From: Chiloscyllium plagiosum
Taxonomy: Eukaryota
Direction of reading: 5' to 3'
Assembly (NCBI RefSeq): GCF_004010195.1
Contig: NC_057718.1
Span: forward strand, 87,540,606-87,604,605
Length of the DNA: 64,000 nucleotides
Made by a program: the position numbers and the translations under genes
In this document: positions 49,600-61,120 of the stretch, piece by piece
Layout of the letters: every line of letters starts with the position of its first letter
Numbering within the stretch: the first letter of the stretch is position 1
Notes under the pieces: model-generated
Databases searched by the model: none
What the model saw: the letters and a program-made list of their open reading frames with translations, nothing else
What the model was told of the DNA's origin: nothing

Positions 49600-52500
49600 A
49601 GCTTAGTCGATGTGTGGTGACGTGGAGGTCTGGTGCATGGGTTTGAGATTATTGAGAGTATCACAGATGTCCTCATAACAAGGGATAAACCCCCAGAAAA
49701 GCCAACAAAAGGGCCTTATGAAATCAAGTCAAGAAAACCCAAGAACAACAAGACCAGGAAGAACACAGGATCAAGAAAGAGATGGGCCACCAAAAAAACT
49801 CACTTTTAAGCAACATGTTGTCTGACATATTTGTAAAGAAACTAACTGGCTAGCCAACTTATGGGAGCACCAGCTACCATCTCATGTCCTCTCTCCAAAA
49901 AGAAACTATCAGAACTTGTGGGCTAAATTATCAGTTCCAAACAGCAAAGTAAATGTCAATATATTTGCTAAATAAACCGGTCCTCTGGGCAATGGACAAC
50001 TGATGAAACCAATTGAGGAGGAGCAATTCAATACAGCCGGTAAAGGAATTGACCCTAAAAGCACAATTTGGCCTGGTTGGGATGAGCCTGGAAGACGTCC
50101 AAGGCATCTATGACACACAGCTTATGTGACGTCTTGCTTTGGTTAAAGTACTATTCCGGAATTACTTAAGAAAAGCCACACAGTTCTCAGAATGGAAACA
50201 GAAGATCCAGAACACCTTAAAAACACAGGCAACTGGTGGCCCATCATGATAGGTCCCATGTTGCTATGGCTTTATACTAGAGCTCATCCGCTCCATCCAT
50301 TTCTTTTTCTCTAGTATTCTCTTTTAGATTTATTTTCCGCTTTTCTCTTCTTCTCTGCCTCAGACTCTCAGCCTCAGCACGGACTGCGTGAGGCATCCTC
50401 TTGGCTTGGTGCCATGGTTTCCTGATACAGCATGGAGGTCTCTCAGCGGCCTGGTGTGACGTCCTCTCAGCCCAGCGTGGTGGTCTTTCAGCCTGGTATA
50501 GTCTCAGCATGCACCTCCAGTCTTGAGGTGAATCCAGAGTGGCCTCCCGGCCTCGGTGAAGAGCAGTGCTGACTGGAGGCCAGGTGCCAGGGTGGACTGA
50601 GTTGGAAGGACTGTTGTTCTGAACGTTTTATTTCTTTATTTTTCCTATTTATTCCTAAGATCTGCAATGTTGGACTTTTTATTTCTTTCCTAAGAACATG
50701 TACTGAAGATGAGATAAACCCAAGAGAGAAGGGTTTTCTGGCAGCAACTCTCAGCTGCAATGAGAACATTAAAGTGTTTGAAAACATCATATCAGGAACC
50801 AATCACAACCTACCAATGACCTAGCAATTGTTCTTGCCAACTTGCAAGGATGTTCGATTCAGTTGAACTTAAACTTCTCATCAAAGCTTTGCACTAAGTA
50901 AACTTCCCCTGGTGACTTCATTAAACTAATAGAAGACCTGTATTCAAACAACACAACAGTCATTGAGGCAAAAACAGAAATTGCTGGTGAAACTCAGCAG
51001 GTCTGTGCAGAAAACAGAGTTAATGTTTTGAGTCCAGTGACCAAATTGTTAACACTGCTTTCAGAGTGGTCACCAGACGAGAAACATTAACTCTGCTTTC
51101 TTCTTGCAGATGCTGCCAGACCTGCTGAATTTTGCCAGCAATTTCTGTTTTTTGTTTCGGGTCTCCAGCATCCGCAGTTCTTTGTTTTAGTTATCGAAGG
51201 TATTCAGACTAAAACCTAACCTATCAACGTAGAGAGGCGAATCACACAGGGTGATACTCTCTCACCCATCCATTCAATATTGAACTAGATCAGCTGGTGT
51301 TCTCCTTGGAACAGGCCAAATCACAAGTTTCATGCTGTTAGAAGATCAAAGAGTTAACTGTTCTGCTTTGGCCTTTGCAGATGACATTGCTCTGTTAAGC
51401 ATCTCACATTTGGGATGAAACCTGAAAATAGTCCAACGTTTTTGTAAACATCCAGACCTGTGTATTAGCATCACAAGGACACTTTGCTTACAAAGGAAAG
51501 ACCTTGATGTACAATCATGAAGAGAACTGGACAATGAAAGGTGACCATGTCTCCAACATTCTCCTGGGCAAGACAGAACAATGCCCGGGGGTCCACAACC
51601 CATGGCCCGGCGTGTCTGAGGGTGCTCAGGAGGAGCAGTTTAAAGCATGAGTTTCCAACCTGAAAACAACAGCTCTTCAACCAATGCAGAAGTTGGAAAA
51701 CTTAAAGACATGTCATTCCCACACTGTACAACCACTCTGTCTTAATGAGGCTTCACAGAACATTCGTATCAAATTGGACCATGTGCGGTGCCACAAAACA
51801 GATTCTACATGTTCCACCACACAAAACAGACAGCCTCCTTTAGTCTAAAAACAGAGATGGTTGGCTCAGTGTGTTAAAACTTCAAGTGCAGATTCCATTT
51901 GTGATAATTTGGAAGCAGCAGGTATTTGAGACATCGAGGGACATCATGATCCAGTTTCATTCGATTTCTGCAGAAGGAACATTGACACCAGAATAGCACT
52001 CTGGAAACTCAAGACTCTGGAGGAGATTACAATCTTCCTACAGGACAAGAAGTGTAATACCTCAGAGATGGAAGAATCTACACAATTGACTAACCCTGAC
52101 CAGGCACCAATCAGCAAAATACCAGGTTGTGACTCATGGAGGAAATCAGAACTCTTCCAAGTAGCTCAACCTCAAAAATCAGACTGGGTATCAAGTACTA
52201 CCAAAGTGATAAAGTATCAAATTCATGGATCAACCCGCCTTCAATATTCAATCATCATGACTTAACCAACACCCTACTCCAATGCTGTGACCTTTACGCA
52301 ATCTTTACTCAAGGTTGACCAAAAATGATCAAAACTTGTCACAGATGCAAGGCTTCAAAAGAAATCCTTGCACCCAATGGTGTCCATTCTCCAAAATGCC
52401 CGAATAAAGTGCCACAACAAGATCCTGGCACAACTGCAAAATTGTGTGTCTAAATAGAGGTAGATGTCATATCTAGAACCCAGACCAAAGGATAAAGGAA

Positions 52501-52960
52501 CTTTGGAAACTCAATGTTACGTTCAAGAAAGATCAATCAGTCACAGTGGTTGATGTAACAGTGCAGTATGAGGACAATGACACAGGGTGTGAGAAAGCTT
52601 GAGAAGAAAAAAGATGGAGGTATCAACACTTGGGTCTGGAAATAAAGGAATTGACAAGGGACCCTCAGTGCCAGAACATTTCTGATTCATGACAGGTTCT
52701 GAAGGAAAATGGCTTGAGAAGATCAACAGCCTCATGAAATTCCTGGGTATTCAATGCTATAAATCCTTTGCCCAACAAATATCAAGATTCTCCTGATGCT
52801 TGAACTTCTACAAATAGTCAGCATCAAGTGAGAAGACTGAAGAACCTGCCCAGCTGAAGCCTGGAGATGAACAACACTGACCCTATGATACAAAGTATTG
52901 TGTTCAGTCTGAGGACGTTTGGTGTCAGCACGCTTCACGAGGTAAGAAAATGGTGGTGGG
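49600..52960 (+). mobile_element. Decayed R2-clade (restriction-like endonuclease) non-LTR retrotransposon
   Basis: Motifs in order: IPELLKKSHTVL, GNWWPIMIGPMLL (50228), EINPREKGFL..SCNENI, MFDSV, QGDTLSPI (51247), SALAFADDIALLS (about 51362), LQPMQKLENLK, CHRCKASKEILA..WCP (52337), ARIKCHNKI (about 52398), EPR, VVDVTVQYE (52546), YQHLGLEIKELT, GKWLEKINSLMKFLGI. Confidence 0.82.
50968..51190. mobile_element. Palindromic Penelope-derived mini element nested in the R2 RT
   Basis: aaaaacagaaattgctgg...cagcaggtct versus agacctgctgaattttgccagcaatttctgttttt. Confidence 0.8.
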
Positions 52961-53109
52961 AGAAAAATTCATAAACATTTAAAAAATAAAGTTAAAAATG
53001 AAAGTTAAAACCATGTAAACTTTTAACGAAAGATAAAGTTGGAGTAATTGTGGTAGATAGCTAGCTAACCTTTTATACTTCTAATAACCTGCAAATTTCG
53101 AACCAGATT

Positions 53110-53395
53110 TCCTCAGATGGTGATGACTAGCATGAGGGGACATAGCTTTAAATTGAGGGGTGATAAATATAGGAGAGATGTCAGAGGTAGTTTCTTTACT
53201 CAGTAGTAGAGGCATGGAATGGCCTGCCTGCAACAGTAGTAGGCTCGCCAACTTTAAGGATATTTACATGGTCATTGGATAGACATATGGATGAAAATGG
53301 AATAGTGTAGGTTAGATGGGCTTCAGATCGATTTCACAGGTCGGTGCAACATCGAGGACCAAAGGGCCTGTACTGCGCTGTAATGTTCTATGTTC
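53110..53395 (+). mobile_element. CR1 3' fragment
   Basis: gaggggacatagctttaaattgagggg...gggcctgtactgcgctgtaatgttctatgttc. Confidence 0.8.
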
Positions 53396-53571
53396 AAACT
53401 ATTTCTGGTTTGAAGACTTTACAAGCTAAACCTTTTTGCTGAAGTGCATTTTTGCCTCCTTCAAGGAGAGAAACTAAACTTCCTTCTTAATTCAGCTCTG
53501 GTTTCTTCTGAGTTATTTTAAAACAAAAATTTGCTTAATTCTTCTGAACTACAAAACAAACCTTTACATAC

Positions 53572-53992
53572 AGTCATAGAAATGTATAGCACGGAAACAA
53601 ACCTTCAGTCCAACTCCTCCATGCTGACCAGATATCCTAACCTAACCTAGTCCCATTTGTCAGCACTTGGCCCAGATCCTTCTAAACCCTTCTTATTCAT
53701 AAACCCATCCAGTTGCCTTTTAGTTGTTGTAATAGTACCAGCCTCCACCACTTCCTCTGGCAGCTCAATCCATATGTGTACCACCCTCTGTGAAAAGGTT
53801 GCCCCTTAGGTCCCTTTTGAATCTTTCTCCTCTCACCCTAAACCTGTGCTCTGGACTCCCCCATCCTAGGGAAAAGACTTCGGCTATTTACCCTATCCAT
53901 GCCCCTCATGATTTTATAAACATCTATAAGGTCACCCCTCAGCCCCCGACACTCCAGGCAAAACAGCCCCAGCCTGTTCAGCCTTTCCCTGT
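53572..53992 (-). mobile_element. CR1 3' fragment
   Basis: Reverse complement of the 46690-47115 type. Confidence 0.85.
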
Positions 53993-54647
53993 CATAAAAC
54001 CACACTGAAAATGATTACATACATTATGCATCTTTCATTACACCAATCCTAAGTTTCCTTCAATGAAAGAGGAACATAATATACACACATTTACTTAATG
54101 TGTTTACAAAGAAAGTGAAAGGAGGGTCTCTGTTACAGGCATAATTGTTCACAATCTTTTTTTTTAAAAGGAGTCTTTGAGTTGCGAAAATAAATAGACC
54201 TGAGACCAGATATTTGGTTGTTGTTTTGTTTCCTCCAAAGTAGCGAAACTTCAGTGTATTCATAGTTTTCAGTAAATCGTTATTCCAAGATGCCTCTCAT
54301 CAGCTAGTTTCTGTATTTTGGGGAAATTGAGAGAGAAAATAACTTCCTCTCTCCTTGCTGTCGTGAGTGCATGTTGGTTTCTCTGTTTTTTGCTTAAAGG
54401 TTGCTGGAGATCTACAGTTTCTTTGTGGTTCTGGTCTCTGCCATTTTCCGTTTTAAGGTGGATAATTGTAGGCAAGCTTCATCCCTCAATATGTGCAATT
54501 GTGAGTAAAACAATAGTTTTAAATTTCTTGATGCCTCACTGAGTTTCTGTACCTCTTGATTCAAATGTTAACACTGAGGCAACACAACGGTGATTGCAAG
54601 ATAATTCTTCATTGCAACCTTCACAGCACACTAATGTTCCAACCTGG

Positions 54648-56629
54648 GAGAAAGTTGGGACTGCAGATACTGGAGATCAGAGTCGAGAGTGTGGTGCTGG
54701 GAAAGCACAGCAGGTCAGGCAGCTTCCGAGGAGCAGGGGAATCGACATTTCGGGCGTAAGCTCTTCATCAGGAATGAAGCTTATGGGCTGGGGGCTGAGG
54801 GATAAAGGGGAGAGGGATAGGGTTGGGGGAAAGGTAGCTGAGAACGCGATAGGTGGATGAAGGTGTGGGAGAAAGTGATACGTCCTGGGGGGAAGTGATG
54901 GACAGGTCAGGAGGGCGGTGCTGAGTTGGAGGCTTGATAATGGGATAATGTGGGGGGAAGGGGAAATTAGGAAGCTGTTGAAATCTACATTTATCTCATG
55001 TGGTTGCAGGGTCCCAAGGTGGAATATGAGGCATTCTTCCTCCAGGCGTCGTGTGGTAACGTTTTGGCAGTGGAGGAGGCCCAGAACCTGCATGTTCTCA
55101 ACGGAGTGGGACGGGGAGTTGAAGTGTTCAGCCACAGCGGTGGGGTTGGTGGGTGCGAGTGTCCCAGAGATGTTCTCTGAAATGATTCACAAGAAGGCAC
55201 CCTGCCTCCATGATATAGAGGAGACCACGTTGGGTGCAATGGATGAGGTAGATGACATTGGTAGAGGTACAGGTAAGTTTCTGATGGATGTGGAAGGACC
55301 CTTGGGGCCTTGGAAGGAAGTGAGGGGAGTGCTGTGGGGTACAGGTTTTGCAATTCCTGCGGTGGCTGGGAAAGGTGCAAGGAGTTGGGTGTGGGCTGGT
55401 AGGGGGCGTGGACCTGTCGAAGTCACAGAGGGAATGGTCTCTCTGGAACGCTGATAGGGGTGGGGAGGGTGGTGGTGTCCTTTTGAAGGTGGCAGACGTT
55501 GGTGGGTAGAGGGTGAGGACCGGGGAAGTTCTGTCCGTTTTGCATTGGGAGGGCTGGGATTCAAGGGTAGTGGTGCGTGAAGTGGAGCAGATACGCTGGA
55601 GGGCATCATCAACGACATGGGAAGGGGCGATCTTAGAAGGAGGAGGCCATCAAAGGGACTTTGAGGTGGAATTGGTCATCTTGGGAAAAGATGCAGTGGA
55701 GGCAGAGGAATTGGGAATAAGGGATGACATTTTTACAGGAGATAGGGTGGGAGGAAGTGTAGTCTAGGTCGCTGTGGGAGTCGGTGGGCTTGTAGTAGAT
55801 GTCTGTTGTTAGTCGGTCACCAGAGACGGTGATGGAGAGGTCCAGGAAGGAGAGGGAGCTATCTGAGATGGTCCAGGTGAATTTGAGGTCGGGATGGAAG
55901 GTATTGGTGAAGTTGATGAACTATTCAGCCTCCTTGTGGGAATATGAGTGGTGTCGACTCAGTCATCGATGTAGTGGAGGAACAGGTGGGAATGGTGCCG
56001 GTGTAACTGCAGAAGATGGACTGCTCCATGTCCCCAACAAAGAAGGTGATAGGTCAGAGAGGGGAGTGATGGACAGGTCAGGAGGGCGGTGCCAATTTGG
56101 AGATTTGGGACTGGGATAATATGGGGGGAGGGGAAATGAGGAAGCTGTTGAAATCCATATTTATCCCAAGTGGCTGCAAGGTCCCGAGGCAGAGTATGAG
56201 GCGTTCTTCCTCCAGCGTCGGGTGTAACGGTTGGGCAGTAGAGGAGTCCCAGAACCTGCGTGTCCTTGACTGACATAGCTGGGTCCCATGCGGGTGCCCA
56301 CGACTACCCCTTTGGTTTGGAGGAAGTGGGAGGATTGGAAGGAGAAGTTGTTGAGGGTGAGGACCGGTTCAGCCAGGCGGATGAGGGTGTCGGTGAAGAG
56401 TACTGGTTAGGACGGTGTGAGAGGAAGAAATGGAGGGCTTGGAGACCTTCTTCCCTCCTGTGTGGCTGACGATGTCCTCCAGCGTATCTCCTCCACTTCA
56501 TACAACACTGACCTGAATCCCACCCCTCCCAAAGCTACAAGGACAGAACCTCCCTGTGCCCAAAATGTCGATTCTCCTGCTCCTCAGATGCTGCCTGACC
56601 TGCTGTACTCTCTCAGTAACACACGCTCG
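54648..56629 (-). mobile_element. Penelope-like element (RT + GIY-YIG remnants), rearranged, with inverted termini and an 18-bp TSD
   Basis: AEHFNSPSHS...RRLEEECLIFHLGTLQPHEINVDF (GIY-YIG C-terminus), FLHYIDD, HFLQTKGVV.GTRMGPSY. TSD actaatgttc(c/a)aacctgg at 54630 and 56630. Confidence 0.9.
54739..54776 (-). ncRNA. Minimal hammerhead ribozyme motif in the PLE terminal repeat, catalytic core intact
   Basis: Minus strand AUUC-CUGAUGA-A-GAGC-UUAC-GCCC-GAAA-U-GUC-GAUU. Confidence 0.72.
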
Positions 56630-57239
56630 ACTAATGTTCAAACCTGGACTGGTACATAAAGGTTTGCACTCTGACTGGCATTCTCCAGTTGAGTTGAAGC
56701 AGGCTTTTTAACTCCTGTTCTTGTGTATTCTTCAAAGGGAAGAACAAAAAATATGCTTGCAGTTTGGGACTTCGGCGATATGGGCAACTTGCTATTGAGC
56801 AGGAGTTCATCAGTCTCTCATTATCGTTGTAATCATAAGATCAAAGTCCAGTCTGTTTTGACTTGTATACCTCCCACTACTCTTGTTGTTTGATGTTCTC
56901 TTCACATCCGTGGGTGTGGTATTTATTGGTCCCACGTAGAATTTTTGCCGGTCAACCACTGAATTTATGTCTGCAGTCATTTTGTCTCTGTATCAGTCCT
57001 CTTTTACAAAAAAAAACCCAATTTGGAATTAAGGGCTAAAAAGCCATCCATATATTTTGGGGTTCTGACAGTATCTAAACAATATTGATACTGCACTTTA
57101 TGAAGAGAAATCTCCACTCAATGTTGCTTTTGAAAGCCATGTTCTGAATGAACATGCTACAGTATCTCTTGGATGATAGATAATCTAGAAATATTGAACT
57201 ATTTCCTGGGATGTAAAGAAAACTTAGAGGTTATATTCC

Positions 57240-57585
57240 GGGTGGCACGGTGGCTTAGTGGTTAACACTGCTGCCTCACGGCACCAGGAAGCTGGTTTCG
57301 ATTCAAACCTTGGGTGATTGTATGGAGTTTACACATTCTTCCCATGTCTGTGTGGATTTCCACCAGGTGCTCAAGTTTCCTTGCACAATCCCAAGCTGTG
57401 TGGTTTAGGTGAATTGGCCATGCTAAATTGCCCTGTAGTGTCCAGGGATGTGCAGGGTAGGTGGGTTAGCCATGGTAACTGCGGGATTATGGGCATAGTG
57501 TCGGGGGCTGTGTCTGGGTGGGTTGCTCTTTAGATGGTCAGTGACTCAACAGGCCAAATGGCCTCTTTACGCACAATAGCAATTC
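57240..57585 (+). mobile_element. HE1-like V-SINE
   Basis: gggtggcacggtggcttagtggttaacactgc head, V-domain and tail. Confidence 0.85.
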
Positions 57586-57959
57586 CAGAAATATTTTTAG
57601 ATATTTTGGAAATGGTATATAATTTCCTGAGAACCTTTGAAGTTTTGACCTTACAATGAGATTGATTGTTGAACTAGGAATGAAACAAGTCAACACCAGA
57701 ATCTGGCTCAGTAATATGATCCTTCCAAAAAGGTGAATGCATCATCCTGCAGATCATCAGATTGGCATGTCACTACCACACCCACTTCTCCAGCTTGACA
57801 GTAATCAGCAGATAGTGTTGAGATAGGATAGCAGCCAATTGGCACTTTGGCAAATGAGATGCCATCAAACTCAAAGCTAGCTCCTTATTCATAATGGTTT
57901 ATGATATTTAAAATACACTTTTGAAACAACTAAGTGTTTTGTCATGATCCCTCTAAAGA

Positions 57960-58625
57960 CTGAACTGGATGTGGTCTTGACTCTTCTACAACCATATCAT
58001 TGCAGCTAATGTGCTTTATCCGGGTTTATATTCAGAGATTACCATATACTTTCTCAGTCATCTTATAAGATCCTCTCTTGTTGTCCTTTCTCCAAGTATG
58101 AGAACACAGTGTCTAATTGTCCTAATATTTGTGTTAGCTAGTCAAACTGTAGGAGGTTCATTTTGAGAACTGTCTACTTCACTGTTATCGTCTCTGTCAT
58201 CTCCAGTACACTTAGTTCCTCCTTATCTACTTCCCTACCCAATAGCTTTTCACAATGTTTATGTGACATAACCTATTCTTCTTCCTGTGAACAGAGGTAT
58301 TTGTCAGGTAAGTCACTTTACAAATCCACTTAATTACTTGCTATGAACCACTGAATTTTGCTTTCAGAGAATTGCCTTGCAAAGGTAACAAGACTAAAAC
58401 TTCATCTCCCACTTGAAACATACTAATTGCTAAATGTTTATTTGCCCATTCTATCTTTTTCACTTGTGAAACAGTCAAATGCTGTTGTGCTCCCTTACTC
58501 GCTTCTGAGTCTTTCTAATAACATCAACACATCATCATCATTGAGGATTCATCTTTTTGGTTCAGTGACATCTTTAATCAATTTTAATAGACCTCTAATC
58601 TCATGACCATAAACCAATTCAACTT
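57960..58625 (-). mobile_element. Gypsy pol remnant: integrase C-terminus followed directly by the RT N-terminus
   Basis: ELVYGHEIRGLLKLIK...FQVGDEVLVLLPLQGNSLKAKFSG...TYL...RKKNRLCHINIVKSY, then EPPTV.LAN...LDTVFSYL...DLI...KY...KPG.STLA..DMVVEESRP. Confidence 0.8.
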
Positions 58626-59289
58626 CAACACGGTACATTTATTTAGGAATCTGTACTAGAAAATGTTAAGGAATCTAATTTTTGTCCCAGTCTTGTGAGT
58701 TGTAAAGATCTTGTGTTTTTGTGTTGTGACTTTTTTTAAAAGATAGAGTGGATTGAAATGAAAAAGAGCTGTTTTTGAGTGTTTGAAAGGGTGGCTATAT
58801 GTCTTAAAGGCATACAGTGACATTTGTTACAAGAATTATTTAAACAACTGTTTTAACATGCAGTAATTGAAGTTTTGACTGAAATTTGAAGCTGAGGGGA
58901 TGTACAGTTGGTTGGCAGCAAGAAATTAATTTGTCTTTGGACCAGTTCACCAGTTTTTGCCTGTCAACAACTGTGATTAGTTCTCAGTTTACACCTGAGT
59001 ACAGGTTTCAGAGAGACTGAAAATACAGTTCTTCCTTAGCTTGTGAGCAAGCTCCTGTTCTCCGCAGTCAAAACTCACTGTTAACCTGAAGAAAACTAGT
59101 TTATCCTACCTGCAATAGTTGTTGCAAGCTGTGATTTTTTAACTGCTGTGTCAGAGAATTTCTAAGAGTGAGCTTGCCATCTTGTGTGTCTCTTATTAAC
59201 TAGTGGATACCTCCAGAGAAAGACAACCAAACAGATAAGAGACTAAAAAACTAAAGAAAGGGATTACAAAAATGCAAAAACAGCACTAA

Positions 59290-61120
59290 TCTTGCTGAAT
59301 GGAAGAGACACAAAGACCAACAAAGGGCCTCAAAGCAGTTTGTAAGAGCTGGTGAGATGAGGATTTTGAAAGGAAACCTTCCAGGGACATTAAAATCAAT
59401 GAGAAGAAATTTTGTAGTGGTGTAAAGGGAAAGCAGGTGGTCAGGAACACTGTTGGCCCACTAAGGACTGAAAGTGGGGATGTTGTCAATGACTATGGGG
59501 AAATGGCAGATGTGTTGAATAGTTAATTTGCCTCAGTATTTACAGTAGAAAAGGAGCATAACTTGCTGTAAGTCCCAAGGAAATTAATAGTGGACTGGGA
59601 ACAGGGACTGAATAAACTTAATGGAAATAAAACATTAGAAATCAAGAAATTGATGGAATTAAAGAATGACAAATCCCTGGAGCCTGATAGTTTCTATCTG
59701 AGGATGTTAAAGGAAGTTCCAACTATCGTGAGTTCTCTAGATATGAGTTGTCCCTCTGGATTGGAAAAATTCACAATTCACTCCACTTTTTAAAGAAAGG
59801 CAAAAGAATAAATCCAGGAAATGACAGACTAGTTTTCCTCACATTGGTAATGGGGAAGTTGTTGAAATTTATGATAAAGGACCGATCAAGGATAAAAGTT
59901 TTCAGTTAATCAAAAAGAGTCAACATGGATTCATGACAGATAGGTCATGCCTGACGAGCCTGTCTGAATTTCATAAAAAGGTGACTAAGGTAGTGGTGGA
60001 GAAATGTCTCTGATGATGTTTATGTGGACTTCCAGAAGGCATTTGATAAAAGTTCCACATAAGAGGCTGTTAACTCATGGAACTGAGGGCAAATTACTGA
60101 CATGGCTGGAAAGTTGGTTGAATGACAGACAACATAAAGTAGGGATCATAAGTATGTACTCAGATTAGCAGGATTTAACCAGATCTCTGTTAGGGCCTCA
60201 ATCATTTACATTATTAATTACTTGGGTAATGGTGTAGAAAGTCAAATATCCAAATTTGCTAATGACACAAAGTTAAATGTCATTGTAGACAGTATAGATG
60301 ACAGCATAAAATTACAAAACAATATTAATGGATTAAATGGGTAAAACTGTGGAAGGTGTAGCTCAATGTAAACCGGTGTGAGGTTATCCATTTTGTATCA
60401 AGAAAAGATAGAGCAAGGTTCCTTTTAGATGGTATGAACGTATATATAATGGATGTCCAAAGAGACTTTGGGAATGGGTTCAGATGCATAATCTTTAAAA
60501 TACCACTAACAGGTGCAGAAAATAATCAAGAAAACTAATGGAATGCTGGCCTTTATAGGTAAAGGATATAGATGTTATGGTGCAGTAAAAGAAATCTCTG
60601 TTTCGACCCCACTTGGAGTACTGTGAGCAGGTCTGGGTTCCACACCTTAGGAAGGGAGGGCTTGGGAGGGAGTACAGTGTAGGTTTATGAGAATGAAACC
60701 TGGCCTTTAGCTATGAGGAGAGATTTTACAAATTAAGCTTCTTTTCTCTCTCATTTAGAAGGCTAAGACTTGATCTAATAGAATAGATCTTCAAGATATT
60801 ATCACAAAAAGGCAAGATAAAGATAAATATTTCCATTGGTGGGGACTCTAGAACGAGAGGGGCATTGGTCTGGTCCTAATTCTCAGACATTCAGGAGAGA
60901 TGTTAGGAAATGCTTCTGCACACAAAGGGTGGGAGACATTTGGAACACTCTTCCTCAAACAGCAGTAGATGCAGAATTAGTTGATGATTTTAAATCTGAG
61001 GTAGATAAATTTTTGTTCAGCAAAAGTATTAAAGGTTATTGGACAAAGGCAGATATATGGAGTAAGGCCACAGATCAGCCATGATCTCAATGAATGATGA
61101 AGATACAACTTTCACTCCTG
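59290..61120 (+). mobile_element. CR1 LINE, 5'-truncated and decayed
   Basis: VGPLRTESG, FASVFTVE, DKSLEPD, RSCLTSL, YVDFQKAFD, KFANDTK, FCTQRVGDIWNTLP. Confidence 0.88.

Noticed and set aside
52940..53110. 28S rDNA target remnant at the R2 3' junction (tagatagctagctaacc)
   Set aside because: Only a TAGC-level resemblance to TAGCCAAATGCC; not distinguishable from chance.
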